Of a stretch of DNA of 64,000 bases, positions 47,911 through 56,011 are shown one piece after another. Numbering within the stretch: the stretch's first letter is position 1; every line of letters starts with the position of its first letter. The notes under the pieces are model-generated. The model saw only the letters and a list, made by a program, of their open reading frames with translations, was not told the DNA's origin and searched no databases. Source of the stretch: Bacteriovoracia bacterium (GTDB lineage Bacteria > Bdellovibrionota > UBA1018 > CAIPTA01); contig JBFWVL010000005.1 in assembly GCA_050246755.1 (NCBI GenBank), positions 128,001 to 192,000 on the forward strand. Reading direction: 5' to 3'. A program made the translations under genes and the position numbers.

Positions 47911-49704
47911 TTAGATAACACCCAGAAAGGAAGCCTTTTCAGGCTGCCCCCCACTAATAACCGGTACAATTCCTAAATAGTCTTTCGACAGCCAACGCAC
48001 TCCGAGGCGGTTTGTCCGACTTCGTACTTCAGCGTTTTCCGCCATGCCCGAAATTAAGATACTTTCAAAAGACAGGCCAAATCTCTCGATCAAATCGAGT
48101 CCGCTCGCGTCCTCATCCTTCAAATCACAATCGAACAGATAAAGTCTTTCGCCGAATTCTCCATGACCATTGGCTTCAATCCAATTGGTGAACGCCTCCA
48201 CTGAGGAGAGGTGAACTACTTCTGAAGGTATGGTTCCGAGCTCAGATAGCCTTCGCTGCCAGAGCGAATGAATCAGCGAGTCGTCATCTACAATGACAAC
48301 CTTCCCCTTGGCGGGAAGTTCAACGCAGTCCAGGAAGAGGTCTACTTTCCTAGAAAGTGGAATTCTCACCGCGACAGTTGTTCCTTCACCGATGGAAGAC
48401 TCAATTTGAATTGAGCCTCCAACCTTTTGCAGAACTTCTTTCGCATGGGTGAGCCCAATGCCGTTGCCGTGAGGTTTGCCAAAAGTAATCCTCTCGCTAA
48501 GAAGTTTCGAAAGAACTTCCTGCGGAATTCCTGTTCCATTGTCCTTAAAACGTATTTCCAAAGTCTCTTCGACTTTAGTTCCCGCTATGGTAATTCGTCC
48601 GCCTGTCCCAATGGCCTCGAAAGCATTGTCCAGGATCGTTGCGAACACCGTTTCGAGATCGCCGAGTGTCATGGCGCAAAATGAACCGAAGAACGCAGAT
48701 TCGTTTACGAACTCAACAGACGCTCGGAGGCTGGCGTACTGCGCCCGCTTTGAATCAGAAACGGTTTTGATTGTAGATAAAATGTGAATCGGCTCTTGGG
48801 TGGAAATCGATTCCGCCAAAACATTCGCGGCGGAGCTGCGATTCAACAAGCTGCCCGAAACGTCCTTTAAAGATGCAACGCAATCATTTAGGCTACGCTT
48901 GTCCTTCAACGAAAGATTCGGGATTTCATTGATTCTTAGCTGGAGAGTCGCAATCACGCCCTTAATAGCGTGTGCAACTTGCTCAGCCAGAGCCAAACGC
49001 AACTTATCCATTCCGACTGTTGCTAGATTCCTTTCCAGAACGACAATCTGCTTTAGTAACGTGGAAATCGAAGTAGTCAGCTCCTCAATCTCAAGAATTT
49101 GCGAGCGAGCGACTGGAGGCTCCTGTGCATGAGCAGAGTCAGGAAGCCCTTTTGCTACAAATTTGAGCCACTGAATTCGATTTTCGAGCGGTCCAATTAC
49201 CAGGTTGATGGTCATTCGTCTCATCCACCACATCAAAACCAGGAATACGCATCCAATGAACAGCGCAATCGAGGCAAGCAGTAGAACTCCGGATTGGATG
49301 AAACTCGCCAGGCTGACCTCTACGATGATCGAAAGCATCTGACCGGAGGGAAGGGGCGTTGTCTCTTCCACTCGCGAATGGAAAATTCCGAAGGGCTGCA
49401 ATTGCCCAGCATGGCTAATCAGCTTGCCGTCGAGTGAAATGTCCACGCGTAAATCCAAGTCTTGGGTCTCTTTCCACGTTTGTGTGAATCGCGCGATCTC
49501 CTTGTCGATCTCGTTCACGTTCTGGGAGTTCACGCCTGCTTCGGCCAACGCCGCAACATGATTGGTTACGAATCGCATTGCTTGGGTTTCTGTCTTCTTC
49601 AGCGAGTAAACGGAGTATGCGAGCAAAGCCAAGCCCGCAGCCCCAAGGCTCAGGGCCAGGCCGCGTTTTAGAATGCTGAGAATGACAGAGTAGATCGAGG
49701 TCAT
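47911..49704 (-). CDS. Hybrid sensor histidine kinase with C-terminal receiver domain
   Basis: Two TMs with a short periplasmic domain, QVAHAIKG H-box, DNAFEA, DNGTGI, GNGIGL; receiver IVDDD…LFD. Confidence 0.9.
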   Translation of the reverse strand: MTSIYSVILSILKRGLALSLGAAGLALLAYSVYSLKKTETQAMRFVTNHVAALAEAGVNSQNVNEIDKEIARFTQTWKETQDLDLRVDISLDGKLISHAGQLQPFGIFHSRVEETTPLPSGQMLSIIVEVSLASFIQSGVLLLASIALFIGCVFLVLMWWMRRMTINLVIGPLENRIQWLKFVAKGLPDSAHAQEPPVARSQILEIEELTTSISTLLKQIVVLERNLATVGMDKLRLALAEQVAHAIKGVIATLQLRINEIPNLSLKDKRSLNDCVASLKDVSGSLLNRSSAANVLAESISTQEPIHILSTIKTVSDSKRAQYASLRASVEFVNESAFFGSFCAMTLGDLETVFATILDNAFEAIGTGGRITIAGTKVEETLEIRFKDNGTGIPQEVLSKLLSERITFGKPHGNGIGLTHAKEVLQKVGGSIQIESSIGEGTTVAVRIPLSRKVDLFLDCVELPAKGKVVIVDDDSLIHSLWQRRLSELGTIPSEVVHLSSVEAFTNWIEANGHGEFGERLYLFDCDLKDEDASGLDLIERFGLSFESILISGMAENAEVRSRTNRLGVRWLSKDYLGIVPVISGGQPEKASFLGVI

Positions 49705-51227
49705 TCAACGCTCATTTCGACGCTTTCAAGAGGGAGCGTGTGAATCCCAAGCGGATGCGACGGCACTGACTTCACCCGACGGCTCCAAAGCCCAGAGGCT
49801 TCAGATCCGAAAAAAAGCGGAATCACAGTATTGTGTGCCAGAATTTTCTTTTGGATGTCCTTGTAGGCGTTCGCTCTGTCTTCTGGATCAACAATTTGAA
49901 TCACGTTGAGCAGAGCACTATCGACAGCTTTATCATCGACGTAAAAGTAATTAGATTCGTATTTGCCTTTGAAATAACCAAGGACAGAAAAGCCATCGGG
50001 GTAGTCCATCGCTTTTCGTGCGATGATAGCTTGGGACTTTTTCCCGAAGAGGCGCTGGAGTTTCTCACCCTTTGACAGTGCATTGAGCTTCACGGTTACG
50101 CCAAGTAGCGCCCACTTCTCTTTTAGAAAAAGTGCCGTCTTCTCTTCCAAGTTTGATGCGCCCTCGTAGTCCATCTCAATGACGATTGGCTTCGACGGTT
50201 TTGCCGACTTCATCGACTTCAACTGCTCCACGTCGGTTGCACTAAGTTCTCCGGCTAGACCAAATGGAATCAGGCCAAATGCCGCGCGATAAGACTGATT
50301 GCCAAGACTGCGAATGATTTCTGCGGAATCTACGGACGAATAGAGCGCGCGCCGCACATCACTCGGGACCTTCTCAGGATTGAAAACTACAAAAACTTCT
50401 CCCGCAAGTTCAGTAGCGGCGGCGGCCCAGCCCTGCTTTTGGAGTTTGGCCTTCTCGATATCGTCGATCCGATAGTGGTCGAGTGTATCAATCTTTTCAG
50501 CCAGCGCGAGCTCAACGGGTTTCTCGGCGACCATCGAATACGAAATGGATTTAGGAGGCAATGGGCTGTCCAGAGCGTCAGGTCTCCATTTCTCGATGGT
50601 GAGATTGGTCTTTGTTACTTCGCCGACGAGTTTGTAAGGGCCGCTAAACGCTCCCTTTGCTGAAATCTCCGGATTCTGTTTGAAGTCGTCAATCGGAAGG
50701 ATTGAGCAATCGGCTACAGCGAGTTGCTTCAGGAAAATGGCCGAGGGCTCGCTCAGTCGGAATTCGACAGTTTGATCGTCGATTGGAACCACTCCGAATT
50801 TTCCGATCTCCTGCTGGGTCTTGAATGCCCTCGCACCAGAAATGTAGTCAATGTCAGCGGCCATCGACGCTCCGACAAGAAACATCCTAGCGAACGTCAT
50901 TTGGACATTCTTGGCGGTGATCGGTTTTCCATCGGAAAATGTGGCTTTGCGTATTTTGAAGCGGTACGTCTTGTGATCTTCCGATTCAGTCCACGATTCC
51001 GCCAGGTCAGCGCGGATATCTCCGGTCGTGTTGTATCGGAGAAGCCCACGGTACAACTGAGTAGCCACAGCCATCGAGTACGCGTCTTCCATTTTCTGCG
51101 GATCGAGATTCATCGCCACCGCCGGCAAATGAATTCGCAACCCTTCAATCGCAGGAGTTTTAGATTTTGTGCAACTGACCATCACAGCTCCTAAAAGGAT
51201 GAATGCAACACCTCTACAAACGTGCAT
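49701..51227 (-). CDS. OppA/DppA-family (SBP_bac_5) peptide-binding lipoprotein, no ABC permease or ATPase nearby
   Basis: Lipobox VSC, LDP, LAESW, FSDGKPITA and SGPYKL. Confidence 0.9.
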   Translation of the reverse strand: MHVCRGVAFILLGAVMVSCTKSKTPAIEGLRIHLPAVAMNLDPQKMEDAYSMAVATQLYRGLLRYNTTGDIRADLAESWTESEDHKTYRFKIRKATFSDGKPITAKNVQMTFARMFLVGASMAADIDYISGARAFKTQQEIGKFGVVPIDDQTVEFRLSEPSAIFLKQLAVADCSILPIDDFKQNPEISAKGAFSGPYKLVGEVTKTNLTIEKWRPDALDSPLPPKSISYSMVAEKPVELALAEKIDTLDHYRIDDIEKAKLQKQGWAAAATELAGEVFVVFNPEKVPSDVRRALYSSVDSAEIIRSLGNQSYRAAFGLIPFGLAGELSATDVEQLKSMKSAKPSKPIVIEMDYEGASNLEEKTALFLKEKWALLGVTVKLNALSKGEKLQRLFGKKSQAIIARKAMDYPDGFSVLGYFKGKYESNYFYVDDKAVDSALLNVIQIVDPEDRANAYKDIQKKILAHNTVIPLFFGSEASGLWSRRVKSVPSHPLGIHTLPLESVEMSVE

Positions 51228-52392
51228 AACCAGCTCTTTGCTTCGCCTGAAATCTCGGCAATGTCATAAGGCCGAGTACGATCGCGCAAAAGGCTCCTCG
51301 CCACAGTCCATCGGCAAATACCGGGAGAACCTTGCTCCACGATCCCACCAGGAGTTCGCCGCTCGCAAGAATGACAACCATTTGAGTCATGCGCGCACTC
51401 GTGACTGCTCCCATCTTTTCCTGGGGTGTATCCATCTGAATGTGCGCTGAGATTCTATGAAGAATCAGCCAGTAAAACGTATCTTTGGAGAGAGCGAGAG
51501 CAACCGTTATCCAGCCCATGCCAGAAAAGTAGCCGAGCATGCCATAAGAGACCGCAAGCCCGATCCAAAGAGACGATGAACGCTCACTAAGGGAATTGGA
51601 CCGCTCGATATATCCGGCAAACCACACGGCGACTCCGTAGATACCAATTAGAAGTGCCATCCACTTTTGATCGTCGCCCACCAGACGAGCTGTGAAGGAG
51701 GTCGTTCCCATCATTGAAATGGCCAAGAGCAAATCTAAGACGGCAGCGCGACTATTGTATCTGTAGAAGTCGGCGAACTTCGCGAAGACACTCTCGGCAA
51801 ACGAAGCTGCTCGCTCAATCGTGGGCTCCGCAATTGGCAAGAAGAATACAATGATTCCATTTGCCGTGAATGTCGCGAGATCGAACCAGATCGCAGTTTC
51901 GAATGTCGAATACTTAATGATGGGCCACGCGCAAAGACCGGCGAAAAGTGTAGCTCCTTGAGTTGCCTTGTTGAACCAGATTGCGTGACTTGCATTCGAG
52001 GCATACGAAGTGTCTGCCAAGAGCTTCGTGATCTTCGCTTTGCTGCCTGCCTGGAACGAAACGATGGAAGTTTTGAGTAGACTGAAAGCAACGAGTAGCC
52101 AGTATCCGTGGTGGCCCTGTTCCCAGGCCCAAAGAATACCGAGTGAAGCCGCAGCCGCACCAAGTTCAGCTACAACGATGGTCAGCCGCGGAGAAATAGA
52201 ATCGGTAACATGCCCGAACAGGCCAGCAATGATTATGGGTACTAACCGCTGAAGACCTAGAATTAAACTGATGTGAAAAAGGTCAAAGCCCCCCTGAACC
52301 ATGAAGGCAACCAAGCAGATATTGAACGTGAAACTCCCAATGGAAGAAAGGAGCGTGCCCAAGTAAAACCAAGAGGCTAGGTTCATTTTCAT
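51214..52392 (-). CDS. MFS transporter, probable peptide exporter
   Basis: About 12 TMs, GHVTD motif A-like loop, QMDTPQEKMG. Confidence 0.85.
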   Translation of the reverse strand: MKMNLASWFYLGTLLSSIGSFTFNICLVAFMVQGGFDLFHISLILGLQRLVPIIIAGLFGHVTDSISPRLTIVVAELGAAAASLGILWAWEQGHHGYWLLVAFSLLKTSIVSFQAGSKAKITKLLADTSYASNASHAIWFNKATQGATLFAGLCAWPIIKYSTFETAIWFDLATFTANGIIVFFLPIAEPTIERAASFAESVFAKFADFYRYNSRAAVLDLLLAISMMGTTSFTARLVGDDQKWMALLIGIYGVAVWFAGYIERSNSLSERSSSLWIGLAVSYGMLGYFSGMGWITVALALSKDTFYWLILHRISAHIQMDTPQEKMGAVTSARMTQMVVILASGELLVGSWSKVLPVFADGLWRGAFCAIVLGLMTLPRFQAKQRAGYARL

Positions 52393-53870
52393 GATACTGC
52401 CTCCTCGGTCTCCGCAGACTCGCCGAGAAGACGTTTCTTTCTGTTGAAGTAAGCTGCCTTCGACATTCCGAGAAGCGTATAGAGGAATCTGTTATTCCCA
52501 TCGAAAAGCTTCAATCCGCTGGCTAGATACAAGCGTTCCATCCATTCGAGGGCCGACTGAAATTGCGCTGCGGAAACATCCTCCTTCGAGCGCGGAAGCA
52601 GTCCATCGGGAATGAAAATTAGCTGATCCGGCGAAACAGCATTCGGATCAAGGCCAAGGTGTTCAGGTTTCAACACGGGCCTGGAGGAACCCTTGATGTC
52701 AATGTAAGCGCGTTCAACCGCATTCTGAAGCTCTCGAATGTTCCCACGCCAAGGATATGCAGCGAGCACCTTGCGTGCGGGCACGGAAATCTTTCCCATT
52801 GGAAGTCGGCGCTTCAAAAACTCCTCGGCCAAATATTCGATGTCCTCTGGACGCTCTCTCAGCGCCGGGACGCGAAGGGAAATCTGATTGAGACGGTAGA
52901 AGAGGTCTTCTCTGAAACGTCCCTTTTTGATTTCGGCTTCCAGGTCTCGGTTTGTAGCCGCAATCACGCGCACATTCACGGTAACGGGCTTGATGGCACC
53001 CACTGGAGTAAAGGTTTGTTCTTGGAGAACTCGCAAAAGCTTAGCCTGCATTTCCAAGGGAACTTCACCGATCTCATCGAGAAAGATGTCACCACCGTCG
53101 GCAAGCTTGAATTGGCCCTGCTTCGCCTCTGATGCCCCGGTGAAGGCGCCTTTTGCGTGACCAAACAACTCACTCTCGAAAAGGTTCGCCGGGATCGCGG
53201 CGCAATTGACGGCAATGAATGGTCGCGAGGGATCGTCTTCTTGAAGGTTGAGATTCCTGGCTACTAGCTCTTTTCCGGTTCCGTTTTCTCCAGTGATAAG
53301 AACGTAGGAATGTGTTCCCTTCATTCTCAGGATGTCGCGACGAAGCTTCAAAGTAACTTCGGAAACGCCCAATATCTCGTATGAACGAACATGCGTTGCG
53401 AGCTTGGCCGTTAATTTCCGATTTTTCTCAAACTGCGTTTCGTTTTCCTGAATCAGAGTCCGATTTCGTCGAAGGATCGCAGCTTTCTCCAATACGTTTG
53501 CCACGCGAAATTTTAGGTTTGCTGCAAATTCATCCGAGCCTTTGATGACGAAATCGGCCGCGCCAGCCTTCATCGTTTCAATAATGGTTTCGGGCTGACT
53601 ATTTCCGGTCAACATCACGACAGGGAGCTCGGGCATTCGGCGCTTGAGGAGCTTCAAAAATTCCAGCCCTGAAATTTGAGGTAAACCAAAGTCGAGAAGA
53701 ACTAGATCGGGCCGGAACTGGCCGAGGACCCGCATCGCTTCAGTCGGCTCATGGACCGTCGATACCTCGTGCTCCTGGCGAAAAAGAGCTACAACGGACT
53801 CAGCGAAACGCTTGTCATCGTCTACGAGCAGAATCCTTAAAGCTGGTGTTCCTTCTGGGCTTTCCGGCAT
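52389..53870 (-). CDS. Sigma54-dependent (NtrC-family) response regulator
   Basis: Receiver LLVDDD/LLD, GENGTGKE, ESELFGH, GAFTGA, FREDLFYRL, WRGNIREL, C-terminal HTH. Confidence 0.95.
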   Translation of the reverse strand: MPESPEGTPALRILLVDDDKRFAESVVALFRQEHEVSTVHEPTEAMRVLGQFRPDLVLLDFGLPQISGLEFLKLLKRRMPELPVVMLTGNSQPETIIETMKAGAADFVIKGSDEFAANLKFRVANVLEKAAILRRNRTLIQENETQFEKNRKLTAKLATHVRSYEILGVSEVTLKLRRDILRMKGTHSYVLITGENGTGKELVARNLNLQEDDPSRPFIAVNCAAIPANLFESELFGHAKGAFTGASEAKQGQFKLADGGDIFLDEIGEVPLEMQAKLLRVLQEQTFTPVGAIKPVTVNVRVIAATNRDLEAEIKKGRFREDLFYRLNQISLRVPALRERPEDIEYLAEEFLKRRLPMGKISVPARKVLAAYPWRGNIRELQNAVERAYIDIKGSSRPVLKPEHLGLDPNAVSPDQLIFIPDGLLPRSKEDVSAAQFQSALEWMERLYLASGLKLFDGNNRFLYTLLGMSKAAYFNRKKRLLGESAETEEAVS

Positions 53871-53883
53871 AAGCCGGAGACAT

Positions 53884-53900
53884 AGCTAGGTTCATGCCAA
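53884..53900 (-). promoter_or_regulatory. Sigma54 -24/-12 promoter of the signalling operon
   Basis: Minus strand TTGGCATGAACCTAGCT fits TGGCACG-N4-TTGCW with exact GG-N10-GC spacing. Confidence 0.75.
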
Positions 53901-53983
53901 AACGGAGGGCTTTACTCAACTACCTAAAATTGCAGGAGAATGGCTCTGGCAGCGGCTCTCGGGTGATTTCGAGGTATCTAAAA

Positions 53984-54003
53984 GAGTCTATATAGATAGA
54001 CCC
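53984..54003. promoter_or_regulatory. Fourth copy of the GAGTCT-N8-AGACYC palindrome
   Basis: GAGTCTATATAGATAGACCC, about 85 bp upstream of the -24 element. Confidence 0.75.
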
Positions 54004-54090
54004 GATATGTAGAACTTTCACGAAACTGACCAATCGGTAGCAGATTGACCCCATATACAAGAACCGTTTCCCAAACAAATTCAGTAGGTC

Positions 54091-54504
54091 CTAACGGAAT
54101 ATGGCGAAGCTCGCTATCAGCTTGAGCAGATCAGCACATGCTCGGCCGCCGATCACAGCTAGGAAAATTTCAGCCCAACGGGGAAAGCGGAAGACCGGGA
54201 ATTCCAATTTCCAAGAATTGAATCCGTACCCACTTCTACGGTGGCCGGAAGCGATTACAGCTTGGGCGTCGATCATGACGAGTTGAGCTTGGTGCATCTT
54301 CTCGGGACCGTAGTGTTGAAAGAGCCGATATAGCTCGCGGCAGGGAATTTCGGACGGCTTTTTTTCAATGTCTAGGAGTCTCGCTTCGGAGATTCCGAGG
54401 GAAGCCGCAACTTGTCCCGCACTTTCTCTTCGCTGCGTTCGTGCGCTGTAAAGAAAGCGACCCAGCTTCCGATTCATCGTAGCCCTTACTAATTCTCTGT
54501 CCAT
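54091..54504 (-). CDS. XRE-family HTH protein with C-terminal hydrophobic segment
   Basis: AAGGAGG RBS before ATG 54504; LYSARTQRRESAGQVAASLGIS. Confidence 0.7.
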   Translation of the reverse strand: MDRELVRATMNRKLGRFLYSARTQRRESAGQVAASLGISEARLLDIEKKPSEIPCRELYRLFQHYGPEKMHQAQLVMIDAQAVIASGHRRSGYGFNSWKLEFPVFRFPRWAEIFLAVIGGRACADLLKLIASFAIFR

Positions 54505-54528
54505 CGTGCCTCCTTCAGCGATCACGCC

Positions 54529-54592
54529 GCATACGATCGTATGCACATTAGTTCAGAAAACCATCGAAAATCAAGTGCATACGATCATATGC
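54529..54592. promoter_or_regulatory. Twin 16-bp operators between divergent XRE genes
   Basis: GCATACGATCGTATGC (54529-54544, perfect palindrome) and GCATACGATCATATGC (54577-54592). Confidence 0.8.
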
Positions 54593-54605
54593 GCGATTTT
54601 CGGGG

Positions 54606-54854
54606 GTGCAGGTGGCAGAACGTGATTCATTAACCAGTGGCGAAAAAAAGCTACTGAAAGTATTTGGGACCCGCGTCAGAGCTATCAGGGAGCAACAGAA
54701 GAAGTCGGTGTACGACGTTACTGGTGACGACATGCCAATAAAGACTCGGCAACACTGGCAGATGATAGAGGCCGGGAAGAAGAACATTCAGCTCACAACA
54801 ATTTCAAAAATTGCTGAATCGCTGGAGATTTCTTCCGGTGAATTATTTAAGTAG
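54606..54854 (+). CDS. XRE/C-protein-like HTH regulator
   Basis: FGTRVRAIRE…IEAGKKNIQLTTISKIAESL. Confidence 0.85.
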   Translation: MQVAERDSLTSGEKKLLKVFGTRVRAIREQQKKSVYDVTGDDMPIKTRQHWQMIEAGKKNIQLTTISKIAESLEISSGELFK

Positions 54855-54882
54855 GGAACCTGGGCCTCGGAAGAGATGGTTG

Positions 54883-55953
54883 TTAGGGCAGGCTCTTCCC
54901 AAGGCGTTCGCACGCGGCGACCAATTCATTGGGAGTGGACTCGCTAGAGTACTTTACAATCCATTCACGGCGCTCATCCACCAGTTTTGACAGCTCACGG
55001 ATTTGGCTTTGTACATCTGGAACCGTTAGCCGATAGAATCCATGACTCTCACCTAAGACCTCCGCGATCACCTGTTCCATCTGAATTGCAAAACGAATTA
55101 AGTGCAGAGGCTCCTGGTGGTTTGCCAACTCCAAAATTATCTTCTGATTTGAACTTTTCTTTCTCGAAAACAGCTTTGTCAGAAATCCGCGTTCGCTCGG
55201 GTTTGTCATCGTCTTCAAATTCGATTCCATATTGAGGAACCATCGGCAACGAAGCTCCTTGAGCTGATGCTTCATCGCAAAGAGGTGATTCTTGTATTCA
55301 CCGCTATCTGGAGCCGCAAGCCTCTCCTTTAAGCTCTCGTAGATCGCCTCCAACTGCGCACTCAAATCGTTGCCCAGGAGCTCAATCTGCAAATCTACTT
55401 TCTTATCAATTCTCCCGATTTTTTTTGCATTGTCGTACCCCGAAATGATGTGAGCAGTTCCTACAATCAGTGCGCCGATATTCGCAATACGCGAGACGGC
55501 GCTTGGATCGATCTGCTTGGCCTGGGAAATAAACCTGCGACCGTTCTTGTCTACGGCGATTAGTAACTTTTCTCCGTTCTTCGTTACTAACTGAACTGCC
55601 GATTCCTGTTCAAGGAGTTGAGCCGTTGCACTTGGAAACCTCGCCAAGATGAGGTCACGCGCCTGCGCCGAATTGACAACTTCCAGGCCAACAATGAGAG
55701 CATCGGAGGCGCCGTCCGTTAAATGGGAATTCACCTCGCTCAATAGGCGGCCAGAAATTTGCTCACCAAATCTTGCAAAGTGAATCGCATCGCGAAAGCT
55801 AATGCCGGAAGTCGCACGGCTGTATGACCGAGCGAAAGAGCCTTCATCTGCGGAAGTAATCTCCGTCCGACGAGAACTTCTGGCGCGATAGCGTTTCCAA
55901 AATGCGATTGAAAGGGCGGCGCATACGGCGATCGCCGCCAACATCCAAATCAT
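54883..55953 (-). CDS. Membrane-anchored helical hypothetical protein
   Basis: N-terminal TM from ATG 55953; follows the SNF2 gene in the same direction. Confidence 0.6.
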   Translation of the reverse strand: MIWMLAAIAVCAALSIAFWKRYRARSSRRTEITSADEGSFARSYSRATSGISFRDAIHFARFGEQISGRLLSEVNSHLTDGASDALIVGLEVVNSAQARDLILARFPSATAQLLEQESAVQLVTKNGEKLLIAVDKNGRRFISQAKQIDPSAVSRIANIGALIVGTAHIISGYDNAKKIGRIDKKVDLQIELLGNDLSAQLEAIYESLKERLAAPDSGEYKNHLFAMKHQLKELRCRWFLNMESNLKTMTNPSERGFLTKLFSRKKSSNQKIILELANHQEPLHLIRFAIQMEQVIAEVLGESHGFYRLTVPDVQSQIRELSKLVDERREWIVKYSSESTPNELVAACERLGKSLP

Positions 55954-56011
55954 CTGTGCGCTCACACTCTGTATCAAGTTCGATCCCCATGTCTTATCGT
56001 CATTCAGTTGG

